Of a stretch of DNA of 56,497 nucleotides, positions 45,302 to 53,963 are shown piece by piece. The translations under genes were made by a program, and so were the position numbers. The stretch's first letter is position 1. Each line of letters begins with the position of its first letter. Source of the stretch: Myxococcales bacterium (GTDB lineage Bacteria > Myxococcota_A > UBA9042); the NCBI GenBank assembly GCA_947499075.1, contig CANMNA010000003.1, positions 1-56,497 on the forward strand, in the 5' to 3' direction. The notes beneath the pieces were generated by a model, which was not told the DNA's origin, made no database searches, and was given only the letters and a program-made list of their open reading frames with translations.

Positions 45302-47353
45302 ATGACCATCTCGCCAAGTAGCGCACAAGTTGTTGTTGTCGCGGACGATCCGATCGAAGCGGGCATGCTCTCGCTCGACTTGGTTCAGGCTGGCGTGGCC
45401 GCTCAAGCGGTGCGCGATCCGGACTCAGCGGTCGCCCAATTGGTCGAAATCCGGTCGCAACGATCAGGCAGCTTGGTCGTGGTCGCAGCTTTTCGCGAGC
45501 TGAGCCAGTCGATTCAATTGTGGCAAGCCTTATCCGGGTTGCAGCCGCCTGCCGCTTTTGTGGCGGTGGTGCTGCGCGGCCAGCGCGACGAAGCCAGCCA
45601 ACGCATGGCCGAGCTGGGCTGGTCGGGCGTCGCCGTTCGTCCGGTCAACGCCAATGAATTGGTCGGCGTCGTCACGGCAGCCGCTGCGCCGACAGCGGGT
45701 GATTTGTCCGGCCACGAGACCCGGACCGGCTCGCTGGAAGACGAAACGCTGGTCGATCTGCTCGGCAGCCTGATCGATCGGATTCCGCGACCGGGATCGG
45801 GCAAGACCGCGATCGTGACCATGAGCTCGGGCGGTCGCAATGGCGTAGTCGCGCTGGTGCACGGCGATCTGGTGCACGCAGACATCGACGGCGAGACCGG
45901 AAGACGTGCTCTGGAGCGCATGGCAGCATGGCGGCGCGGCAGCTTCCGCCTTGATGCTGTGCCGTGGCAGGGCGTGCACACCCTGCAGGGCTCGACGCTG
46001 GCGATGCTGGCGGTCGCGCAAGAATACGCGCGGCGCATCGAAGAGGCGCGCCAAAGCCTGCCGTACATCGATTGCGTGTGTACGGTGCGCTGGGAGCGGG
46101 TCCGACCGTTGCCGGTGGTCGCCGAAGCGATGTTTCGGCGCATTGCGTCGGGTCAGGTGCTGGCTGAAGCCATCCGCGGCGACGGCGACGACGAACTGGA
46201 GGCCTTTGCAGCGCTGGAGATGCGGATTCGCCGCGGCGCCGTGGTTCCTCAAGTCGAGACTTCGCCACAGCCCGCCGGACAAAGTGGCGGCGGACTGTCG
46301 GACCGGCGGGCGTCGGGCAGCCAGATCCCTTCGATGAACACAATTGGTCCGGCGCGCACGGCTTCTGCCTCTTCGGGGTGGTCGGCGGTGCCGATGACGC
46401 TGGTCGATGCGCCACAACCGCCGGAGCGCAAGCGCAGTCACCCAATCACGCACTTGTACCGGGTCGGTGCTGACGGCAAAGCGGTTGCCTCGATGGATCC
46501 GCGCGAGCTGGCGCAGGCCCTGGCCGGCACGCCGCCGGCCGAGATCTCGGTCAATGCCCCGACCGCTGCTGTGGCTGCAGTCAGCCCTGGCCCGGCGCGT
46601 CGCGCGCCGTCGTCGTTGCTGTCGGCGGGCAAGGTCGATGGCCGGCGCATCACCGATCTGGGGGCAGGCGGCGCAGGCGGGGCGCGGCGACCTTTTGGCA
46701 ACACAGGCTGGTTCGGATTGGGCGGCGGCGATGGCCCGGCTGCAGACAGCGATGCCCAACCCGGTCTGCGGCCCTCCAGCAGCATCCGGCTGGGCGAAGC
46801 CAACCCGGCCCGACTGGTGTCAGGCGCCTCGGCGCGGATCAACAACGTGATCGGTCGGCCGCCGACCCCGGTCGACCGGGTTGCGGCCCGGCCCTACGCC
46901 TGGATTCCCGCAGCGCCCATGCAGGAGGAAGAGGAGCCAGAGCCCCCGGCCAAGCCGCTGGCACTGCTCAAACCCCGCAATTGGCCTTGGATTTTCGCGG
47001 CATTGGGCTTGGTCGCGGTGGTGGTGTGGCTGGTGGTACCGCGGGCGCCGGCCAGCGGCTACGCCGATGGCGCGACCAAGCAGTACCTGCAAGCAGTTGC
47101 GCTGCTCGACAACGGTCACAACGACTTGGCCCGCGCCGAATTGGTCAAGCTCGCCAAGCTGCCAGAGCCGCGGGCCGAGATTTTCCTGCACTTGGCTGTC
47201 ATCGACATCGAAGCGCACCGGTTCGATACGGCCCGCAAGGCGCTCAACGCCTACCTGGCCCATCCCAAGGCACTGCATGTGGACCGCGCCAAGAAGCTGG
47301 TCACCCACGTCTTTGGACCGGGCGATCGCCAAGCTCTGCTCGGCAAGCCCTAG
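45302..47353 (+). CDS. DUF4388-domain protein with receiver-like N-terminus and C-terminal TM + TPR
   Basis: 'LVDLLGSLIDRI...AIVTMSSGGRNGVVALVHGDLVHADIDGETGRRALERMAAW' matches DUF4388. TM 'WPWIFAALGLVAVVVWLVV'. Confidence 0.7.
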   Translation: MTISPSSAQVVVVADDPIEAGMLSLDLVQAGVAAQAVRDPDSAVAQLVEIRSQRSGSLVVVAAFRELSQSIQLWQALSGLQPPAAFVAVVLRGQRDEASQRMAELGWSGVAVRPVNANELVGVVTAAAAPTAGDLSGHETRTGSLEDETLVDLLGSLIDRIPRPGSGKTAIVTMSSGGRNGVVALVHGDLVHADIDGETGRRALERMAAWRRGSFRLDAVPWQGVHTLQGSTLAMLAVAQEYARRIEEARQSLPYIDCVCTVRWERVRPLPVVAEAMFRRIASGQVLAEAIRGDGDDELEAFAALEMRIRRGAVVPQVETSPQPAGQSGGGLSDRRASGSQIPSMNTIGPARTASASSGWSAVPMTLVDAPQPPERKRSHPITHLYRVGADGKAVASMDPRELAQALAGTPPAEISVNAPTAAVAAVSPGPARRAPSSLLSAGKVDGRRITDLGAGGAGGARRPFGNTGWFGLGGGDGPAADSDAQPGLRPSSSIRLGEANPARLVSGASARINNVIGRPPTPVDRVAARPYAWIPAAPMQEEEEPEPPAKPLALLKPRNWPWIFAALGLVAVVVWLVVPRAPASGYADGATKQYLQAVALLDNGHNDLARAELVKLAKLPEPRAEIFLHLAVIDIEAHRFDTARKALNAYLAHPKALHVDRAKKLVTHVFGPGDRQALLGKP

Positions 47354-47377
47354 CCATTGGATGCCCGACACCCGGCT

Positions 47378-48463
47378 GTGAGCACGTCGTTCGGTCCGGT
47401 TTTGGGGATCGAGACATCCTGCGACGACACTGCGGCCGCAGTTGTCTGTGACGGAGTGGTGCTGGGCGCAGCGATCGCCAGCCAAATTCCGATTCACCGC
47501 CGCTTCGGCGGCGTCGTGCCCGAAGTCGCTGCACGAAATCATCTCCTGACCGTGCTGCCGACAATTGAAGACGCCCTGCAGCAAGCCGACATCGGACCTG
47601 ATCAGCTGGCGGGCCTGGCCGTGACCAACCGCCCGGGCCTGATCGGCGCCCTGCTGGTCGGCGTACAGACCGCCAAAGCACTGGCGTACACTTGGCGCAA
47701 GCCCATCGTGGGCGTCGATCACATCGCGGCCCACCTGTGGGCCGGCCAGCTGCGGCCAACCGATCAGGCTGGCCCTGATTGGCCCAAGCCCAAGCTGCCT
47801 TTCGCTGCACTGGCAGTGTCGGGCGGCCACACCAGCCTGTACGTGGTGCGCGGGCCGGACGATCTCGTGTTGCTGGGCCGCACGCTGGACGACGCCGCCG
47901 GCGAGGCGTTCGACAAATTCGGCAAGCAGCTGGGTCTGCCCTACCCAGCCGGGCCAGAAGTCGATCAGTTGGCCGTGCTGGGTGATCCGACGCGCTTCAA
48001 GCTACCGCGCGGCATGCTGGGCCGCGCCGATGGCGCCTATTCGTTTTCGGGCCTGAAGACGGCGATCCGGCTGCAGATCGAAGCCCTTGGCCAAACGGGC
48101 CCGACTGCGGTCAGCGATGCGTTGCCCGACTTGTGTGCGTCCTTTCAGGCGGCGGTGGTCGAGCAGTTGGTGCGGGTGACGCTGGACAGCCTGCGCCGCC
48201 ACAAGCAGCGGCAATTGGTGCTCGCCGGTGGCGTCGCTGCCAACCTGGGCCTGCGGACAGCGCTGGCCATCCACTGCGCCAAGCACCGCGTGCAGTTTTG
48301 GCCGGTGCCGCTGGCCTACTGCGGCGACAATGCTGCGATGGTCGCGGGTTTGGGCGCCGCGCTGCTGGCGCAAGGTCAGCGCGACGACCTGTTTACGTTG
48401 GACGCCATCGCCACCGGCGCCGTGCGCCGTGCCGCACTGCTGCCGGCCCCAGGATCGCCATGA
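47378..48463 (+). CDS. tsaD: tRNA N6-adenosine threonylcarbamoyltransferase TsaD
   Basis: 'LGIETSCDDTAAAV', 'AVSGGHTSLY', 'GEAFDKFGKQLGLPYPAGP'. The start is GTG 47378 or TTG 47357. Confidence 0.9.
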   Translation: MSTSFGPVLGIETSCDDTAAAVVCDGVVLGAAIASQIPIHRRFGGVVPEVAARNHLLTVLPTIEDALQQADIGPDQLAGLAVTNRPGLIGALLVGVQTAKALAYTWRKPIVGVDHIAAHLWAGQLRPTDQAGPDWPKPKLPFAALAVSGGHTSLYVVRGPDDLVLLGRTLDDAAGEAFDKFGKQLGLPYPAGPEVDQLAVLGDPTRFKLPRGMLGRADGAYSFSGLKTAIRLQIEALGQTGPTAVSDALPDLCASFQAAVVEQLVRVTLDSLRRHKQRQLVLAGGVAANLGLRTALAIHCAKHRVQFWPVPLAYCGDNAAMVAGLGAALLAQGQRDDLFTLDAIATGAVRRAALLPAPGSP

Positions 48464-49287
48464 GCAAGCCCGCAGTTGCGCCCAACAAGGCGCTTGGCCA
48501 GCACTTCTTGCACGACCAGCGGGTGCTCGCGGCGATTGCGCTGGCGGCGGCGCCAGAGCCCGGCTCAGGTGCTATCGAAATTGGGCCGGGTACCGGCAAC
48601 TTGACGGAGCACTTGCTGCAGCACCTGCCCGATCGGGCAGCGGGCAAGGCGGCGCTGGTGCTCATCGAGCTCGACCGTCGCACACCTGCGGTGCTGCACG
48701 AGCGGTTTGGCCCGGTGTTTGACTTGGTGATGGCCGATGCCGCGCACGTCGACTGGCCGACCCTGCTGTGGTCCGGCCGGCTGGGCCCAGCGCCAGTGGT
48801 GGTCGGCAACCTGCCGTATTACGCCGCACTGCCTATTTTGTTTGCGCTTTTGGACTTGGAGCGGCCGCCACCGCGGATCGTGATCATGGTCCAAAAAGAA
48901 GTCGCCGACCGGCTGATTGCGCCGCCCAGCCATCCCAGCCGCGGCCAGATCTCGCCCAAGGTCCAACTGCGGGCCGAGGTCAAGGTGGCGATGCAAGTCG
49001 GCCGCGGGGCGTTTCAGCCGCCGCCCAATGTGCAGTCCAGTGTGGTGGTGCTGCGACCATACGCGACACCGCAGTTCGATCTGCCGGCGTGGCCGCAGGT
49101 GTCGACCTTGATTACCCAGGGCTTTGCGGTGCGCCGCAAGACCCTGCACAACGCGCTGGTGCTGGCCGGTCGGCCGTCGGCACTGATCAAGCAGGCGCTG
49201 GACAGCGTCGGCTTGGCACCGATGATCCGGGCCGAGGCACTCAACAATGGGCAATGGGCGGCGCTGGCGCGGGCGCTGGCCACGTAG
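48460..49287 (+). CDS. rsmA: 16S rRNA (adenine1518/1519-N6)-dimethyltransferase RsmA
   Basis: ATG overlaps the tsaD TGA (ATGA). 'LGQHFLHDQRV', 'EIGPGTGNLTEHL', 'VGNLPYY'. Confidence 0.9.
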   Translation: MSKPAVAPNKALGQHFLHDQRVLAAIALAAAPEPGSGAIEIGPGTGNLTEHLLQHLPDRAAGKAALVLIELDRRTPAVLHERFGPVFDLVMADAAHVDWPTLLWSGRLGPAPVVVGNLPYYAALPILFALLDLERPPPRIVIMVQKEVADRLIAPPSHPSRGQISPKVQLRAEVKVAMQVGRGAFQPPPNVQSSVVVLRPYATPQFDLPAWPQVSTLITQGFAVRRKTLHNALVLAGRPSALIKQALDSVGLAPMIRAEALNNGQWAALARALAT

Positions 49288-49290
49288 GCT

Positions 49291-49848
49291 TTACTCGGCA
49301 GCGACCGCCGCGCCGTCGCGCCACATCCGGGCGATGTCTTCGTGCGAGGCATTGTCGGCAGGCGCGTTGGTGCACACGTACTTGGCGCACTCCAACGGCC
49401 GGGCAGCGTAGATGCTGCATCCCTCGTTCTTGAAAAACACGCAGACGCCGCGCAGCACGCGGTACAGCGCATCGACCGGCCGACCGGTCGGCAGCGCCGG
49501 CTTACCGAAACGGTCGAGCTTGACCGGGGCAAACACGTGCACCGGTGCGCCGTCGACCGCGATGGCATCGACGACCAGGAACTTTTTGACGAAGGCGTCG
49601 GGTGGCATCTGGAGCAGTTCCGCAGCTTTTTCGACTTCGCCAGGTGCAAACCAGCCTGGGCTGGAGCGGCAACAGATGCCACGGCGGATGCATCCGAGCT
49701 CAGGGTTGGGGTGCGGCGGATCTTCTTCGGCAGCCCAGTACGGGTTGTCGCCGACATCGGCGGCTGGCGCGTCGTCGTCGGCGATGCGGCGGGTCGCTGG
49801 CGCTTCGTGGCCGAAAATGCGCAACTTCTCAATGGGAGGCTGGGACAC
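49291..49848 (-). CDS. YkgJ-family cysteine-cluster protein
   Basis: 'CIRRGICCRSSPGWF' and 'CVFFKNEGCSIYAARPLECAKYVC' motifs. Confidence 0.65.
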   Translation of the reverse strand: MSQPPIEKLRIFGHEAPATRRIADDDAPAADVGDNPYWAAEEDPPHPNPELGCIRRGICCRSSPGWFAPGEVEKAAELLQMPPDAFVKKFLVVDAIAVDGAPVHVFAPVKLDRFGKPALPTGRPVDALYRVLRGVCVFFKNEGCSIYAARPLECAKYVCTNAPADNASHEDIARMWRDGAAVAAE

Positions 49849-49923
49849 GGTAGGCTCCTGCGCATCGCTTGCGGGCGCCCAACGGGGCCAGACACAGTCT
49901 GGATGGCTAAGGAGGCGGCGTCA

Positions 49924-50142
49924 ATGCTGTGGGCGAGAGGGCGTCGGTCCGCCCTGGAGCAGCGAGCGGCAAGCAGCGAAGCCGCAGACGCGGCAGGTGA
50001 TCATCGCGAATTTGGCAGAGAAGATGCGTCCCCGGACCGGCAGCAATGGGGCGGGCAGGGGGGCCACCGGCCCGGGGATCGCATGGAACTGAACCGACAT
50101 ACACGCAGCGAAACGAAGCTGACCATCGGTCCAGGGTTCTAG
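49924..50142 (+). CDS. Candidate small charged protein (72 aa), low confidence
   Basis: ATG lies 8 nt after a strong AAGGAGG. Followed by the hairpins GGGCTGC...GCAGCCC and GCCCG-ttgtg-CGGGC. GC3 bias is weaker than in neighbouring genes. Confidence 0.3.
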   Translation: MLWARGRRSALEQRAASSEAADAAGDHREFGREDASPDRQQWGGQGGHRPGDRMELNRHTRSETKLTIGPGF

Positions 50143-50324
50143 CGGGCTGCTTTTCGGCGGGAGCGGCAGCCCGTTGTGCGGGCTCTAGGCCCCGCCGGGC
50201 GGTCTGTCCAGCGGTCAAACAACTTATTTATCGTATGATAAGTCGACCTGCATCGACCGCCGTCCATTGAGTTATCAAGTGATATAGTTTAAGTACATAG
50301 TGACCCTTCTTACCGCTGCTTCCT

Positions 50325-50339
50325 TGGCACAAAATTCGC
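50325..50339 (+). promoter_or_regulatory. Sigma54-type -24/-12 element with no downstream + strand gene
   Basis: TGGCAC-aaaat-TCGC (consensus TGGCAC-N5-TTGC), with correct GG/GC spacing. Lies in an AT-rich island. Confidence 0.35.
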
Positions 50340-50416
50340 GTGACACAGCGCTGACAAACGACTTCGTTATCTCGTGAGACATGGCGTAACGGATAGGCTG
50401 TCGCCCCGGACACGGG

Positions 50417-51745
50417 CTAGAAGAACTGAAACACGCCCAGACTCAAGCCTGGACAAAACCTGTTGTTCTGATTGCCACTACACGCCACGCCGGCCATAGG
50501 TACGGCCATGTCGATGCGCAGTCCGGTGCGGACAAACCGCGGCACCAGCAGGCGCACGCCGCCGCCTGCCGAGGCGACAAGCGCCGGGCCCTGCAGCCGA
50601 TCGCGGGCTACCGCCACGTCGGCAAATACCGCGGGAACTATCGCTAACCACATGGCATCAAAGGCGATCATCCTCGCCTCCAAGTTGACTAGGGCAAACC
50701 GATCGGCGCGCAAGAAGCTATCGCGCACCCCGCGCACTTCGTACAGGCCACCCAGAAAGAACTGCAACGCCGGGACAACCTCAGTTTGCCAGCCGAATTG
50801 CGCCCGCGCGGCCACATTGAGGTGCTCGCCCACCGCTTGAAACCACAGGGCCTGACCCCAGATCTGCACGTGCGTCTGCGGGCCACCGTTGACCCACGTC
50901 ACGCCGATCGCCGGGCGCAGCTCGACCGAAGCGCCGACTTGGCGAACCCGCTGCACATCGACCCGGCCAAACCGGACGCCCAGATCGAGGACAAGCGAGC
51001 GACTGCTCGGCGGCAAGGGCTGGTGGAGACCTTCGGCGTCGAACATGTCGTCCCACTGCCAGTCCAGCCGACCGCCGACCCGCAAGCGATCGCTGGTGAG
51101 CAAGCGGTTGTACTCGCTGCGCAGGCGCATCCGCCGATCGGCAAACCCGACCCGGGTGCGGACCAAACGCTCCCACAGCAGCATGGCATCGGCGCGGTCA
51201 CCCAGGAAGCGATGGGCGCGCAGAAAGGCCAACCCGCCTGAAAATGCGTCGAATTGCTCAAACGCTGCCGCAGCTTCGACAAATTGGCCGGCGACGTTGA
51301 GATCAGAGCCGCCCACGCTCCAAAACGACGAACTCTGGCCGACACTGCCACGCTTGGCCTGCACAGCGAACGAGAAAAGTGGATTGATCGTCCAGCGTTC
51401 TTCCAAATTGAGCAGGGCGCACACCTGACCATCCTGGAGCTGCAGGTGGGCCTGGACCCGCGAAAACAGGCCCATGTTCCACAGCCGGGCCAGGCCCAGC
51501 GCCCACTGGTCGGCCGACACCACTTGGCCGGGCTGCCACGGCAGCTCGCGCCGCACAATCGCCGGATCGGTGCGCCATAGCCCCGTGATCTCCAGCTGGT
51601 CAATCTGGCACGGCGGATGTGGCGCAGTGGTGGGCGACTCGGCGACGGGCAGCGACAGGGCAACGTCAGGGGGCGGCGTGGCCCACGCCAGCGCGGGTAG
51701 CCCCAAGGCGACAATCACCAGCGCACACCACGCGCAACGGACCAT
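50417..51745 (-). CDS. Omp85-family outer membrane protein with one POTRA domain
   Basis: ATG 51745. Signal 'ALVIVALGLPALAWA'. POTRA-like 'IDQLEITGLWRTDPAIVRRELPW..GQVVSADQWALGLARLWNMGLFSRV'. 'FFLGGLYEVRG' barrel motif. C-terminal '...GVFQFF'. The remainder of the 720-aa track ORF is read-through. Confidence 0.75.
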   Translation of the reverse strand: MVRCAWCALVIVALGLPALAWATPPPDVALSLPVAESPTTAPHPPCQIDQLEITGLWRTDPAIVRRELPWQPGQVVSADQWALGLARLWNMGLFSRVQAHLQLQDGQVCALLNLEERWTINPLFSFAVQAKRGSVGQSSSFWSVGGSDLNVAGQFVEAAAAFEQFDAFSGGLAFLRAHRFLGDRADAMLLWERLVRTRVGFADRRMRLRSEYNRLLTSDRLRVGGRLDWQWDDMFDAEGLHQPLPPSSRSLVLDLGVRFGRVDVQRVRQVGASVELRPAIGVTWVNGGPQTHVQIWGQALWFQAVGEHLNVAARAQFGWQTEVVPALQFFLGGLYEVRGVRDSFLRADRFALVNLEARMIAFDAMWLAIVPAVFADVAVARDRLQGPALVASAGGGVRLLVPRFVRTGLRIDMAVPMAGVACSGNQNNRFCPGLSLGVFQFF

Positions 51746-53190
51746 CACGGTGCCTGCGCGGCGACATCGACAATTGCGCGCCACAGCACCGCAAACCCAC
51801 GCTGCAGGCTCGCCACCGGCACGCGCTCGTGGGCGCCGTGGAATGTCTCGGCCACTTCGCGCGGCACTTCGATCGGCAGCAGGCCATAGGCGTGCACGCC
51901 TTTTTCGCGGGCCCACAGCGAGTCGGTAAAGCCCGCCGACAGCAAGGGACCGGCAACCGCATCGCTGCGACCGGCCACGGCATGGCGACCCAAGGCCCGA
52001 AACAGCGAGTCGTCGACAGGGCTCTGAGATGCGGGCGCCGCGTGCAGCACCGTCCAGGTGATCGAGAGATCGCCCACAATCTTTTGCAAGTGCTGCAAAA
52101 AGGCCTCGGGCGTGACACCGGGCAGCAGGCGACAGTCCAGCTGAGCAGCGACTTCGCTCGGCACGACATTGGGCTGTTCTGCGCCAAAAAATCCTGTAAT
52201 TTCGATGGTGTTGGTGATCATCGCCCGCGAACCGGGCTCGGCCAGCAGCTTGCCCATCGCCAGCATGTCGACCAGCGCCGGCCGGCGCATCACATAGCCC
52301 GAGACACCGCCGGATTGCGCCCCGACTTCGGCCAGCGTGGCATACAGCGCCGGGTGCACTGTGGGATCGGCGGCGGCCGTGCGCAGCTTTTGCAGCGCGT
52401 TGAGCAGCTTCTCCGGCGCCCGCCCCGCAAAAGGCGTTGAGCCATGACCCGACTTGCCGTGCGCCGTCAGCTTGACCCACAGCAGGCCTTTTTCGGCGAT
52501 CGAGATCGCAAACACCGTTTGCTCGGGCGCCAGCGCGCCCCGTACGCCCATGCCACCTTCGTTGACCAGCTGCGAACACCCCAGCTTGTCCCAGTGGTGC
52601 TGGACCAGGTGGCGCATGCCGCGGTTGTCGACCTCTTCATCGGCCACCGCCACCAGCACCACGTCGCGGCGCAGCGGCACCTTGGTGCGCTTGAGGTGGA
52701 CCAGCGTCGCCAGCTCCAGGATGCCCATACTCTTCATGTCCAGCGCGCCGCGGCCCCAGATCATGCCCTCGTGGATCACGCCGCCCAGCGGCGGCCGATC
52801 GGGCGGCCAATCCTTGGCTTCGGCGGTCACGACATCGATATGCGACAGCAGGCACAGCGGCGGCTCGCGGCCACTGCCCGGCAGCCGCGCCACCAGCGAG
52901 CCGCGGCCGGGTGCGAACTCCAAGATTTCGCTGGCGATCCCTTCTTTAGTCAGGATCTGAGCCAAATACTGGGCCCCCGCCGTCTCATTGCCCGGCGGAT
53001 TGGTGGTGTCCGTCCGCAGGTAGCCCTGCAGCCAGGTGACCAGCTCGGCCCCCGCTGCGGCAAAATCAGGGGCGTCGCGGTAGGGCTGCAACGCGGGTGG
53101 CGAAACGCCCCAGTCTTGGCGCGGCAGTGCGGCGCAGCCACAAGCCAGCGCACCCAAGGCGAGTAGTTTTAGAATTTGCCAGACTTGCAC
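51745..53190 (-). CDS. Secreted M20/M28-type metallopeptidase (lipoprotein)
   Basis: GTG 53190. 'LLALGALACGC' lipobox. 'LLSHIDVV', 'WGRGALDMKS', 'AVADEEVD'. Its stop shares one nt with the Omp85 ATG. Confidence 0.8.
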   Translation of the reverse strand: MQVWQILKLLALGALACGCAALPRQDWGVSPPALQPYRDAPDFAAAGAELVTWLQGYLRTDTTNPPGNETAGAQYLAQILTKEGIASEILEFAPGRGSLVARLPGSGREPPLCLLSHIDVVTAEAKDWPPDRPPLGGVIHEGMIWGRGALDMKSMGILELATLVHLKRTKVPLRRDVVLVAVADEEVDNRGMRHLVQHHWDKLGCSQLVNEGGMGVRGALAPEQTVFAISIAEKGLLWVKLTAHGKSGHGSTPFAGRAPEKLLNALQKLRTAAADPTVHPALYATLAEVGAQSGGVSGYVMRRPALVDMLAMGKLLAEPGSRAMITNTIEITGFFGAEQPNVVPSEVAAQLDCRLLPGVTPEAFLQHLQKIVGDLSITWTVLHAAPASQSPVDDSLFRALGRHAVAGRSDAVAGPLLSAGFTDSLWAREKGVHAYGLLPIEVPREVAETFHGAHERVPVASLQRGFAVLWRAIVDVAAQAP

Positions 53191-53963
53191 GCTTTTTCCA
53201 TCTCTTTGTCCCAGTCGACGAAGCCGCCCATCTGGATGTTTTGCAAGAAGCTGGACTCGGTGGACAGCCCGGAGAAGTCGGCTTGTCGCCACACCGCGAA
53301 CAAGTGCACGACTTTGCCTGGCGAGCGCTCGTAATACGCCTCGATTTGGTAGTCCTGTGGCCAAGTGGTGCTGCTGTCGCTGCCGACCGCAGGCTCTTTG
53401 AGGAAGGTCCGCGACACCAAGGCGGCACCGAACGGGCTCTTGACCTTGCCTGCGTCGGCGACAAACCGCACGCCGCCCTTGAGTTTTTCGGTGGCGTAGT
53501 TGCTGGTCAGCTCGGTATCCCAGTCCAGACGTACCAGCTTGTGGGCCAAGTAGTCGTCGCGGCTTTGGACAAAGGTTCGCTTGTAAGCCTTGTAAGCGTC
53601 TGGATGGACCGCGCCCGGATCGCCCGAGGTGTGGATTTTTTCGACCTGCGCCAGCGTGCACGCCGACTCGGTGACCGCGAGCAGGCCGACCGCGAGCTTG
53701 GCCTCGCCTTTGAGCCCAACCAACGTCACGTCGCTCTGGTCTAGGCGTGTAATCAGCGCCTTGAGCGGCTTGTCGGCCGTGACCTCGGTGACAGTGCCAT
53801 TGAGTTGCACGATCGCGTTGGCCAACGCGTCGTTGTCGGCCGACTCGTAGTTGCGCCACAGCCACTTGGAGAAGTCGGTGATCTTCTCCGGTGCTGGAGC
53901 TTCGGCACACCCGGCGGCAGCAAGCAGCAACCAGCAAACAGCAAACAGCAGCAGCCGACGCAT
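53169..53963 (-). CDS. Hypothetical lipoprotein
   Basis: ATG 53963. 'MRRLLLFAVCWLLLAAAGC' lipobox. GC3-rich. No family recognised. Confidence 0.6.
   Translation of the reverse strand: MRRLLLFAVCWLLLAAAGCAEAPAPEKITDFSKWLWRNYESADNDALANAIVQLNGTVTEVTADKPLKALITRLDQSDVTLVGLKGEAKLAVGLLAVTESACTLAQVEKIHTSGDPGAVHPDAYKAYKRTFVQSRDDYLAHKLVRLDWDTELTSNYATEKLKGGVRFVADAGKVKSPFGAALVSRTFLKEPAVGSDSSTTWPQDYQIEAYYERSPGKVVHLFAVWRQADFSGLSTESSFLQNIQMGGFVDWDKEMEKACKSGKF

Noticed and set aside
50290-50335. SRP (4.5S) RNA, because the minus strand reads CCAAGGAAGCAGCGG
   Set aside because: Only the AGGAAGCAGC hexa/decamer resembles domain IV. The flanking sequence cannot form the conserved symmetric and asymmetric loops or the GNRA-closed helix, and the region is AT-rich, unlike SRP RNA.
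51746-52579. N-terminal 278 aa of the 720-aa track ORF (similar upstream extensions at 6562-7062, 11571-12224, 53191-54018, 53964-54287 and 48133-48459)
   Set aside because: These extensions overlap the preceding genes in other frames and are Arg/Gly/Ala-rich junk. Internal starts followed by signal peptides or conserved N-termini give proteins of the expected family size.
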